A stretch of DNA of 32,000 nt from Okeanomitos corallinicola TIOX110 (GTDB lineage: Bacteria; Cyanobacteriota; Cyanobacteriia; Cyanobacteriales; Nostocaceae). The translations under genes and the position numbers were made by a program. Of the stretch, positions 8,167-16,607 are shown piece by piece (position 1 is the first letter of the stretch; every line of letters starts with the position of its first letter). The stretch covers positions 1,063,318 to 1,095,317 of the forward strand of contig NZ_CP150886.1 in assembly GCF_038050375.1 (NCBI RefSeq), given 5' to 3'. The notes beneath the pieces were generated by a model. The model worked only from the letters and a program-made list of their open reading frames with translations. It was not told where the DNA came from and searched no databases.

Positions 8167-8775
8167 CTAAAATTGTTTTGTAGAACGATCTAGCAAAGTT
8201 AACCACAGTCGGCGATGTCCGGTAGGGGCGCTGTAAAACAGCAAATCTACCAGCAATTTTATCGCTAAATTAGTCAGTAAATCTGTGGAGATTGTTTCAT
8301 CTTCTTCCATCCTTTCCTGATAGGTATTGCAAAAAGCATCTATATAGTCTCCTAGTAAAGCATTCTGGTGTGGTTCTTGATTTTTGGCGGCTATTTTTTC
8401 TAATAACCCAATTGCACGGCGAATTAACTCTTGATGTTGTTTAGCTAAATAGCAGGTAATTAAAACTAGCGATCGCGCCTCATCTACATCCAGCTTTTTC
8501 CGCCCTCCTTGTCCTTTACGAATCGGGTTAGATTGGCGCAGTCGCCACAATGCAACTCGATCTGGTAATTTTGACTCTAGATGAAGATTTATAGCCGCAG
8601 ACAACATAGAATCTGAACCAAGACCAGTTAAAGTTTCCAGTGCCAAAAGGATCAAATCTAATTGGGTTTTAATATTGTCCCATGCACCTGAGTTTGGTGT
8701 CGGAAATTGGCTTAACTCTTCCCACTGGGAGTTGGATGTGGCTGAATTGGTGGCCGATTGCATAACTTTTAGCAT
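8167..8775 (-). CDS. DUF3038 domain protein
   Basis: 202 aa. Its position upstream of the DUF4335 gene and downstream of mutS2 is a recurring cyanobacterial arrangement as I recall it. Contains a HIP1 site. Confidence 0.65.
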   Translation of the reverse strand: MLKVMQSATNSATSNSQWEELSQFPTPNSGAWDNIKTQLDLILLALETLTGLGSDSMLSAAINLHLESKLPDRVALWRLRQSNPIRKGQGGRKKLDVDEARSLVLITCYLAKQHQELIRRAIGLLEKIAAKNQEPHQNALLGDYIDAFCNTYQERMEEDETISTDLLTNLAIKLLVDLLFYSAPTGHRRLWLTLLDRSTKQF

Positions 8776-8965
8776 AGGATATCAGGCGAATAATGGCTAT
8801 TGCTGTTACCTTTTTTGAAACAGACCATTAAGTATGAAAATATTTTACTTTCCATATAGCCTTAAATCAGTTTAGTCAACAGCGGGTATCTTGGTTTTAC
8901 TTTAGATGAAAATTTCTTGTTGCAATATGAGAAATTCGTGATGTTTTGGTAAAGACTGGGGAAGA

Positions 8966-8993
8966 GGTGATTGGTGATTAGTGATTAGTAATA
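8966..8993. repeat. STRR heptamer block (GGTGATT/AGTGATT, 4 units)
   Basis: ggtgatt ggtgatt agtgatt agtaata, directly downstream of the mutS2 stop on the minus strand. Confidence 0.85.
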
Positions 8994-9010
8994 ATTTATT
9001 CTCCTGACTC

Positions 9011-11449
9011 CTATCCTACATGAGCAATAGTGACACCTGTACCACCATCGGCTTGTTCTGCGCTTTCATAGTGGCTGACTCTGGGGTGTTGTTGCAAAAA
9101 GGTTTGAACTCCCTGCTTTAGTTTACCAGTACCGTGTCCATGAATAATCCAAAGTGGTCCTGCGGCTTCTGAAACTGCTTTATCTAAGATATATTCGGCA
9201 TCAGCTACCCGTTTTCCGCGTAAATCAATGGTATTTTTCGAGGTACGAATGGTTAAGGTTGGCGTTGGTGCTGGTGTGGCTGGGGCTGGTTTTGGTTTAT
9301 TGATGGGTTCTGCTTTTTGTCCGTCTAAAGACTCTACGTCTTGTAGTTGCACTGTCATTTTCATGATGCCAAAACGCACTGTTAATTCCCCATCGGCATT
9401 GGGAGCGGTAATCACTTCGGCTGTTTGTCCTAATTTGGGTATTCGTAAGCGATCGCCTATTTTGGGTATAAACCCTGGTTTGGGTTTGGGTGGCGGTGCT
9501 GGTTGATATTTATCAGCAATTTCACTTAATAATTTTGTTGCTTTTTGTGCGTCTTGGGCTGTAGATTTACCTTTTTGTAATTGGCGAATTACTTGGGCAA
9601 TTTCTCCCTTTGCTTCCTGAATTGCTTTTTGTACCGCTACTTCCTGGGAAGCTCGCAAGTCTTTTTCTCGCTCTTGTAAAACTGTGGCTTTGTGAGAAAC
9701 TTCTTTGTATAATTTCTCGGCTTGCTTTAATAATTCTTGGGCTTCGGCAGCTTTGGTTTCTTGACTTTTTCTTTGGGCTTCTAATCCAGCAATTACCTGG
9801 TTTACCTCATCGGTGCTTTCTCCGACTTGGGTTTTAGCCGCTTCAATCACTTCTGGTTTCAACCCCAAGCGCAAAGCAATGGTTAAGGCGTTGGAACGTC
9901 CGGGAATACCCCACAATAAGCGATAGGTAGGTGAAAGGGTAGCTTCGTTAAATTCTACTGAGGCATTTTCAAAGCGAATATCATCATACTTTAAAGCCTT
10001 CAATTCCCCAAAGTGAGTGGTAGCAATGGTTAACTGGGCATGATCAGCAAGATATTTAAGTAGGGCGATCGCCAAAGCACTACCTTCTACCGGATCTGTA
10101 CCTGCTCCCACTTCGTCTAGTAATACTAGGCTTTGGGGTATGGGATGAGGGGGAGAAATATCTTCTTCCTCTGTTTCCTGTTCCCTGTTGCCTGTTCCCT
10201 CGCTCAGAGCATTTAAAATCCGACTAATGCGGCGAATATGCCCGGAAAAGGTGGATAAACTTTGTTGTAAAGACTGCTCATCACCAATATCAGCCAAAAT
10301 CTGACCAAACCAAGGCATTTCCACTGGTTCACGGGCAGGAATAAATAAACCCACCTTAGCCATGACAGCTGCCAAACCCAAGGTTTTTAAAGTTACAGTT
10401 TTTCCCCCAGTATTCGGCCCGGTAATTGTGACAACTTTAATATGGGGACTAATCAACAAATCTACGGGAATGACTGGATGTCCCTGTTCATGTTGCTGTT
10501 GCCAAACTAACAAAGGATGCCGTAATTGCCGTAAGGTAATAATTTCCTGTGCTTGCGGATCAATAAACCGGGGAGGATTTGCACCAATCCAAAAACTATA
10601 CCTAGCCTTAGCTGTAGCTAAATCCAAAGTAGTAATTATTGCTAATAACTTTTCTAAATCTGGTTTAACAGCGGCGACTTGTTCAGTTAATTTTCTACGT
10701 ACAATCTCTTCTTCCGCCTGTTCTCTTTTCACAGCTTGGCGTAATTGGTTGCCCATTTGCACAATGCTGTTAGGCTCAATATATAAAGTTGCGCCACTGG
10801 TGGAGGTGTCATGAACAATACCAGGAATTGCGTCTTTTTGCGGAGCTTTGACTGCCAGAACATAGCGATCGCCCCGTTGAGTAATAATCTGTTCTTGTAA
10901 AGCGCCGGATTTTACCTGAATGATATTTTGCAGTTTCCGAGTAATTTGGCTGCGTAAACTCCGCAAACTATCCCGAATTTCCCCTAATTTCTGACTTGCG
11001 CGATCTGTAACTTGCGCTCTTTCATCAATGCAGCGATGAATTTCTTGTTCTAACTCAGGATAAGTCCGTAACTCTGCTACTAACTCAGTTAAAATAGGTA
11101 CATCTTGCTGGTTGTCAATTAACCGCCGTAAATTTCGCGCTCCATAAAGAGTCGTGGCGATCGCCAACAATTCCTCCCCAGATAAAATACCTTGTAGTTC
11201 GGCTCTTTCCAGGGAGTCACCAATATCTTGAATGCCATCAAAGGATAACCCTGGTGTCAGTCGGCTTTCTAATTGATAGACTTCTTTAGTTTGTGCTAAC
11301 AACTCCTTGCTTTCCTCTAGAGTTGTGGGGATAGGTAAGGCACGGGCAACTATTGCCCCTAGCTTAGTGGCCGCAAAGGTGGAAAGGTGCTGGCAAAGGC
11401 GATGCCATTCTAGTAGTTCTAAGGTTTCGGACTGGATCAAGGCTCTCAC
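9011..11449 (-). CDS. mutS2: Endonuclease MutS2 (MutS ATPase domain plus C-terminal Smr domain)
   Basis: 812 aa. Walker A ITGPNTGGKT, Walker B LVLLDEVGAGTDP, and a C-terminal Smr domain (IDLRGKRVADAEYILDKAV...WIIHGHGTGKLK). At least four HIP1 sites. Confidence 0.95.
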   Translation of the reverse strand: MRALIQSETLELLEWHRLCQHLSTFAATKLGAIVARALPIPTTLEESKELLAQTKEVYQLESRLTPGLSFDGIQDIGDSLERAELQGILSGEELLAIATTLYGARNLRRLIDNQQDVPILTELVAELRTYPELEQEIHRCIDERAQVTDRASQKLGEIRDSLRSLRSQITRKLQNIIQVKSGALQEQIITQRGDRYVLAVKAPQKDAIPGIVHDTSTSGATLYIEPNSIVQMGNQLRQAVKREQAEEEIVRRKLTEQVAAVKPDLEKLLAIITTLDLATAKARYSFWIGANPPRFIDPQAQEIITLRQLRHPLLVWQQQHEQGHPVIPVDLLISPHIKVVTITGPNTGGKTVTLKTLGLAAVMAKVGLFIPAREPVEMPWFGQILADIGDEQSLQQSLSTFSGHIRRISRILNALSEGTGNREQETEEEDISPPHPIPQSLVLLDEVGAGTDPVEGSALAIALLKYLADHAQLTIATTHFGELKALKYDDIRFENASVEFNEATLSPTYRLLWGIPGRSNALTIALRLGLKPEVIEAAKTQVGESTDEVNQVIAGLEAQRKSQETKAAEAQELLKQAEKLYKEVSHKATVLQEREKDLRASQEVAVQKAIQEAKGEIAQVIRQLQKGKSTAQDAQKATKLLSEIADKYQPAPPPKPKPGFIPKIGDRLRIPKLGQTAEVITAPNADGELTVRFGIMKMTVQLQDVESLDGQKAEPINKPKPAPATPAPTPTLTIRTSKNTIDLRGKRVADAEYILDKAVSEAAGPLWIIHGHGTGKLKQGVQTFLQQHPRVSHYESAEQADGGTGVTIAHVG

Positions 11450-11617
11450 ATCTAATCTTAAATTATGTTAACAATTATTGACCCTCTGATGATAGTCAGC
11501 TAGGTTTTTATATTTCACGGAAAGGCAGAAAGTAAGGAAAAAAGGAGTAGCATTGTGTAATAATACGTAAAAAATGCTATTGTTTTAAATTCTTATTAAC
11601 TGCGGTTTTTAATTAAA

Positions 11618-12628
11618 ATGACCCAAAATATCAAAAAATCTCTGAAATTTCTAGACTTATTTTGTGGAATGGGTGGATTCCGCATTGCTACAGAAATAGT
11701 ATGTCAAGAGTTTAATATTCAACCATTATGTGTTTTTTCCAGTGATATAGATCCTCATGTTCAAAAAATCTATGCAGCAAATTTTGGTGAACAACCCACA
11801 GGAGACATTACCAAAATAGACACTCAAGATATTCCTGAACATGATATTTTATTTGCTGGTTTTCCCTGTCAACCTTTTAGTATCTGTGGAGATATGAAAG
11901 GTTTTGATGATATTCGTGGTACTTTGTTTTTTGATATAGTTCGGATTTTAGAAGCTAAAAAACCTACTGCTTTTGTATTAGAAAATGTCAAACAATTAAA
12001 AGGACATAATCAGGGAAAAACTCTACAAAGGATTATGGAAGCTATCAAAGATTTAGGATATCATGCTGATTATCGGGTTTTGAATGCTCTGAATTTTGGT
12101 GTACCACAAAAGCGGGAAAGAATTTTTATTGTGGGTTTTCAGGAAGAAGTTAATTTTGTTTGGACAGAGGGTGGTTTAAAAATGAAACCCTTAACCGAAG
12201 TTTTAGAAAATAACGTTGATGAATTTTATTATGCTTCTGAGAAAATTAGAAATAATCGGTTAGCCAAACGTCAGGGAAAATCTCATGATTATAAAATGAG
12301 TATTTGGCATGAAAATAAAGGTGGAAATATTAGTGTTTATCCCTATTCCTGTGCTTTGAGGGCGGGAGCTTCTTATAATTATTTATTGGTGAATGGGGAA
12401 AGAAGATTAACGGAAAGGGAGATGTTAAGGTTACAAGGTTTCCCTGAAGATTATCAAATCATTGGTAGTTATCAAGGGATGAGAAAATTAGCGGGTAATT
12501 CTGTTGCTGTTCCTTGTGTTGCTGCTGTTGTGCGTGGGGTTTTGAGTGTGATGTTAGGGAAAGAAATTAATACAAATGCCAATCAAATCTGTAGTCCAAA
12601 ACAATTAAGTTTGTCCTTGGATATCTGA
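11618..12628 (+). CDS. DNA (cytosine-5)-methyltransferase of a type II restriction-modification system
   Basis: 336 aa with the canonical m5C motifs: I DLFCGMGGF, IV GFPCQPFS, VI ENV, VIII QKRERIFIVG, IX RRLTEREMLRLQGFP, X GNSVAVP. Confidence 0.95.
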   Translation: MTQNIKKSLKFLDLFCGMGGFRIATEIVCQEFNIQPLCVFSSDIDPHVQKIYAANFGEQPTGDITKIDTQDIPEHDILFAGFPCQPFSICGDMKGFDDIRGTLFFDIVRILEAKKPTAFVLENVKQLKGHNQGKTLQRIMEAIKDLGYHADYRVLNALNFGVPQKRERIFIVGFQEEVNFVWTEGGLKMKPLTEVLENNVDEFYYASEKIRNNRLAKRQGKSHDYKMSIWHENKGGNISVYPYSCALRAGASYNYLLVNGERRLTEREMLRLQGFPEDYQIIGSYQGMRKLAGNSVAVPCVAAVVRGVLSVMLGKEINTNANQICSPKQLSLSLDI

Positions 12629-12656
12629 ATATATACATTAATAATATGAGAGAGAT

Positions 12657-13736
12657 ATGTCTACCGTTAAAATTGCAAAAGAAAGATTAGATAGTATTAT
12701 CAAAAAAGCAAGAGTAGACTTTTACAAGCCTATTCAAATTGCAGAGGTTTTGAGGTATTTACGCCTGATTGGTGATATTGATATTACAAATATTAATACA
12801 TACCAAAATCCCTCAATTCATTGGCGTAATACAGTTACAAAACGTTTATTAGGAAAAATTTCGACATCTTCAGCAAGATACCAGCATGATGTGTGGAATT
12901 TGAGTGCAATGTACCCAGAATTACTTTCTATTCTAGACAATGAAAACAAACGCACTAATGGATGTGTTGAGCGTTATATTTATTTAAAGTTCAATGAAAG
13001 ACAAGAAACTGTTGGAAGTATTATTTCTTTTATAGAAAACGTGTCACCACAAGATTTTAAATTGAGTGTTTTACTAGACAAATTTATCAAAGATATTCAA
13101 GTAAGACGCAGCATTGACAAAACTTATGAAATCATTACCTACAGCCTTTTTGAAACAATTGTCGTGGCTCTTGGTGCAACAATTAAAGTTAGTATTCCTT
13201 CAAGCAGCAAAGAGTTACTTGCAGAATTTTCAGATTTGGTATGTGTTTTGCTGGGCTTAGAAATAGGAAAAGAAAGCTGGGAATTTCCTGCTCATATATA
13301 TCGTGTAGGTGTTACAAATGCAGCTGATAGAGGCTTGGATATGTGGACTAACTTCGGTCCGGCAATTCAAGTTAAACACATGACACTGAATAAAAATTTA
13401 GCTGAAAAAATTGTTGATCAAGTAGAAAGTGATAATATTGTGATTGTATGTTGTGATGCAGATGCAGAAGTTATAGAAGTTATCACTAAACAAATTAGTT
13501 GGGGACAAAGAGTTCGTGGTATTGTACGTGAGTCTGAATTAATTAACTGGTATGAGCGTTGCTTGCGCGGTAAGTTTTCCAGTCAAACAGCACAACCTCT
13601 TATGAATCGTTTAGTAAATAGTTTTAAAGCAGAGTTTCCACAAGCTAGTGCTATGATAGATTTTTTAGAAGAGCATGAATATCTTTCAATGTCTGTAGAC
13701 AAGGTTTGGGTGACAGACATTGATATAAATTTTTAG
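12657..13736 (+). CDS. Putative type II restriction endonuclease, cognate of the upstream methyltransferase (family not assignable by eye; a HaeII-like assignment is only a guess)
   Basis: 359-aa ORF, 28 nt downstream of the MTase and co-oriented with it. A possible PD-(D/E)xK-like element is GLDMWTNFGPAIQVK (D-x9-QVK). No HIP1 sites and AT-rich coding sequence. Confidence 0.55.
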   Translation: MSTVKIAKERLDSIIKKARVDFYKPIQIAEVLRYLRLIGDIDITNINTYQNPSIHWRNTVTKRLLGKISTSSARYQHDVWNLSAMYPELLSILDNENKRTNGCVERYIYLKFNERQETVGSIISFIENVSPQDFKLSVLLDKFIKDIQVRRSIDKTYEIITYSLFETIVVALGATIKVSIPSSSKELLAEFSDLVCVLLGLEIGKESWEFPAHIYRVGVTNAADRGLDMWTNFGPAIQVKHMTLNKNLAEKIVDQVESDNIVIVCCDADAEVIEVITKQISWGQRVRGIVRESELINWYERCLRGKFSSQTAQPLMNRLVNSFKAEFPQASAMIDFLEEHEYLSMSVDKVWVTDIDINF

Positions 13737-13761
13737 TCAAAAAATATAGCAGATTCTTGAT

Positions 13762-14391
13762 TTAATCATTCACCAATTGCGTTAAATGCTTGAGAATACC
13801 CAGCACATCATATAATTCATTTCCAGGATTACGCATTAAAAAACCTTTTGATAAAGCATAACGAGGTGGATTTCCTTTGACTAATTTCACAAAAATGAAC
13901 TCGCTACCTGTAGCAATCATCCCAAAACTCGGTTTATCAGGATAGGGATTACCTAACATATAAGAAAGAATTTGTGCAAGTCCTTCTTCAATAGAAAAAG
14001 AGGATTTTTTTGATTCAATAATCATCACCCAAAATTGATCTTTCAAAACTAAAATATCCATTCTACCTTTGATGATTACGTCTTCATTTGGTACAGCAAT
14101 ATCTATAGATTCTTCTGATTTTACATAAAAAGGAGATAAGTAAAAATCACCAATAAAAAGGATTGGATCTACAATTGCCATCCGAACAACATCTTCTAGC
14201 AATGGGGGATAATTGAGCAGATTCAAATAACCAGCTTTCACTTTGTCTAAAAGTTGTTTATCTAAATCCGTAATTTCTGGTAATTCCTCTTGCCATTCTG
14301 GAAAGAATTTTTCATCTAAAACTAATTCAATCCCAAAGTTATCAATTAAGTACCGTAAATCAATATCTCTTGATTGGAGTGTCTTTGCCAT
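13762..14391 (-). CDS. PD-(D/E)xK nuclease-fold protein (type I HsdR N-terminal-domain-like, multi-copy cyanobacterial family)
   Basis: 209 aa. GRMDILVLKDQFWVMIIESKK gives a D-x13-ESK motif. The overall pattern matches the family often annotated as restriction endonuclease subunit R-like in cyanobacteria. Confidence 0.65.
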   Translation of the reverse strand: MAKTLQSRDIDLRYLIDNFGIELVLDEKFFPEWQEELPEITDLDKQLLDKVKAGYLNLLNYPPLLEDVVRMAIVDPILFIGDFYLSPFYVKSEESIDIAVPNEDVIIKGRMDILVLKDQFWVMIIESKKSSFSIEEGLAQILSYMLGNPYPDKPSFGMIATGSEFIFVKLVKGNPPRYALSKGFLMRNPGNELYDVLGILKHLTQLVND

Positions 14392-14441
14392 AATTTGGAA
14401 ATAGATAATGGGTAGTTTTTCGTTTAGTATAATTATATGCT

Positions 14442-14612
14442 AAGAAGATTAACGGAAAGGGAGATGCTAAGATTACAAGGTTTCCCTGAAGATTATCAGA
14501 TTATTGGTAGTTATCAAGCTATGAGGAAATTAGCGGGTAATTCTGTAGCTATTCCTTGTGTTATGGCTGTTGTACGTGAGGTTTTAAATGCAATGCTGGG
14601 AAAAGTATTATA
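14442..14612 (+). pseudogene. 3' remnant of a second m5C DNA methyltransferase gene (motifs IX-X only)
   Basis: 14442-14607 aligns without gaps to 12400-12565 of the intact MTase, with about 20 mismatches by eye. It translates as RRLTEREMLRLQGFPEDYQIIGSYQAMRKLAGNSVAIPCVMAVVREVLNAMLGKVL*. No 5' part of the gene is present. Confidence 0.85.
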
Positions 14613-14655
14613 GGGTGTGTGAGAACAAAGTTTACAACCCACCCTATATATAAAT

Positions 14656-15621
14656 CTAATCGGCCTTAAACCTAGCCAACAATTCCTGACGAGAAAGATT
14701 AGATAAATTCAGTAACAATTGCGTTCTCTCAGTTAAAGAAAGTTCCATCATTTGATTGACAACAGTAGATAATTCCTCATCTAAATTACCAAAACGTACT
14801 GCTAACAAACTCTCTACCATTAAACGCTGTCCATCTACTTGTCCTTCCTGTCTTCCTTCCTGTCTTCCTTCCTGTCTTCCTTCCTGTCTTCCTTCCTGTC
14901 TTCCTTCTTCTATTCCTTCTTGTTTCCATGCTTCCCGTTGTTTGATATACGCTGGTGATAAACTCATAATTAACTCCTTAACTTCTTCATCGTTGACACT
15001 ACTATTCAATTCTAAGTTTTTACGCCAAGATGCAAACATTTCTACTAATTTATCCCATTTTTCATCTCCATTCGAGAGTTGAACTACTGTGCTGATAGCT
15101 TCTGTTTGAGTTCTACCTTTTCCTAGTACCCTTAACCATAGTGTATCTTCTGTGATGGGTAACTGATTAATAGCAACTATAGCCGCTTTTAATAATTTTG
15201 GCAGAAAATAAACTCCTTTTTCCCATCCTTCTTTTGCAGTCGCTCCAAAACCTTCAAGGATTCTTTCTGAACAGGTTGGTGTTAAAATCCATAAATATGG
15301 TGATTCTGCTGCTGATAAAGAACGTTTTTCTCTTTTTGCTTCTCGCAATAAATCACTCTGTACACTATACAATTTTAACAAACAACTTCTAATTTCTACT
15401 TCATTAGGAGCATTACGGTAAGGTTCAAATAAACAGCTTGTAACTGCCATTTTTCCTAATATTCCTAATTCTGAATTGATAGATGTACTTGTCGGTACAA
15501 ACCAAACATCTATTTCTTGTACTTCGCTTTTGACATCTTTGCTAGCTGTCACACTACCTAGTGGTGTTAATATTTCCTCTAGATATTCTTTTGCTAGTTG
15601 ATCATGGAGTTGTCTGGTCAT
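14656..15621 (-). CDS. DUF4351-type protein (multi-copy cyanobacterial family with a putative nuclease-like N-terminus)
   Basis: 321 aa. The N-terminus HDQLAKEYLEEIL...SEVQEIDVWFVP and C-terminus LLAVRFGNLDEEL...LSNLSRQELLARF are typical of this family. The centre carries an (EGRQ) repeat expansion. Confidence 0.65.
   Translation of the reverse strand: MTRQLHDQLAKEYLEEILTPLGSVTASKDVKSEVQEIDVWFVPTSTSINSELGILGKMAVTSCLFEPYRNAPNEVEIRSCLLKLYSVQSDLLREAKREKRSLSAAESPYLWILTPTCSERILEGFGATAKEGWEKGVYFLPKLLKAAIVAINQLPITEDTLWLRVLGKGRTQTEAISTVVQLSNGDEKWDKLVEMFASWRKNLELNSSVNDEEVKELIMSLSPAYIKQREAWKQEGIEEGRQEGRQEGRQEGRQEGRQEGQVDGQRLMVESLLAVRFGNLDEELSTVVNQMMELSLTERTQLLLNLSNLSRQELLARFKAD
14843..14914. repeat. 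In-frame 12-bp tandem repeat (CCTTCCTGTCTT: 5 perfect units plus 1 degenerate unit) encoding (EGRQ)n
   Basis: Direct reading of 14843-14902 shows five identical 12-mers, followed by ccttcttctatt. Confidence 0.9.
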
Positions 15622-15922
15622 AAAATTAAGTCAAAGTCTGATATTTATTCAATTTATTATTTAATATCTATTCTAACTGAAGATGACTAATAAATAATTT
15701 ATCAATTATTCAAGTAGTAACTGATGACCTTGTTATCATGCTATAAAATTAAATTTATCTATTTTGTTAATATTCTTAATATTTTTTATATCAAGTATCT
15801 AAAATTGTTAATTAATCCTAAAAAAATAGATATTTAATATTGACATTTATTGATAAACAGGCATAGGATAAATACAGATGCTCATAAAAATACCTGCTAA
15901 AGAATATCTTGCAGGAGAAAAT

Positions 15923-16591
15923 ATGCTGTTTAGTCCAGCTAACTTACCTTATTGGATTTTCCTGGCTACGGGAATAATACTTTTCCTATTGATGATTTTA
16001 ATAGGAGGAGATTCAGAATTAGATACTGATGCAGATTTAGATATAGAAGCTAACATTGATTTAGGGTTTGGAGAACTTCTAGCATGGGCTGGTATTGGCA
16101 AAGCTCCATTAATATTAATGTTGGCAACTGATTTAAGTTTGTGGGGTGTGATTGGTTGGATGTTAAATGTTTGGTGGGGAGGAAGTAATCAAAATCAACC
16201 ATTTTCATTAATAGCGATCGCCATTTTTTTGATATCTTTAATTATCAGTTTATTTCTAGGTAAATTGATAGCTAAACCCATCAGTAAAATGTTTGCTGAA
16301 TTTAGTGAAGATGCGAGTAGCGATCGCCTAATTGGTTGCATTGGTACTGTGAGTTCTGTTTATATTCCCGCAGAAAATATCAATAAAATTGGTCAAGTTG
16401 ATATTTTCGATTCAAAAGGTAATTTTTTAACTCTTAATGCTGTTATTCCAGAATGGGCAACTATCGCTCCACAACGAGGAGAAAAAGTCATTGTCCTTGA
16501 AATTAAACAGCAGAATTATCTAGTGATCGCCAAGGATAGTGTAGATGAAGAACATTGGTTAAATAACTCAGAATCTAAATATCAAAATTAA
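15923..16591 (+). CDS. YqiJ/NfeD-like inner membrane protein (flotillin partner)
   Basis: The N-terminus MLFSPANLPYWIFLATGIILFLL resembles E. coli YqiJ. It has multiple TM helices and a C-terminal OB-like soluble part. I prefer the ATG at 15923, which follows AGGAG, over the track start at 15878. Two HIP1 sites. Confidence 0.75.
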   Translation: MLFSPANLPYWIFLATGIILFLLMILIGGDSELDTDADLDIEANIDLGFGELLAWAGIGKAPLILMLATDLSLWGVIGWMLNVWWGGSNQNQPFSLIAIAIFLISLIISLFLGKLIAKPISKMFAEFSEDASSDRLIGCIGTVSSVYIPAENINKIGQVDIFDSKGNFLTLNAVIPEWATIAPQRGEKVIVLEIKQQNYLVIAKDSVDEEHWLNNSESKYQN

Positions 16592-16607
16592 TTTAAGGAC
16601 AAGAAAA

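Noticed and set aside
10362-10814. 150-aa plus-strand ORF, plus other ORFs at 9228-9506 and 9610-9837
   Set aside because: They are antisense to mutS2, whose frame carries unambiguous MutS and Smr motifs. Cys- and Gly-rich junk composition.
11540-11590. 7-bp inverted repeat TAGCATT...AATGCTA upstream of the methyltransferase as a possible controller-protein operator
   Set aside because: No controller (C) protein gene is present in the cassette, and a 7-bp repeat with an 18-nt spacer is weak evidence.
14756-15082. 108-aa plus-strand ORF with a PSCL repeat
   Set aside because: It is the antisense reading of the (EGRQ) 12-bp microsatellite inside the DUF4351-type gene.
15841-15877. TTGACA followed by TAGGAT-like -10 candidates as the flotillin-operon promoter
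   Set aside because: The spacing and -10 quality are ambiguous (17 nt gives ATAGGA, 18 nt gives TAGGAT). In a spacer this AT-rich, such matches are expected by chance, so I did not list it as a feature.
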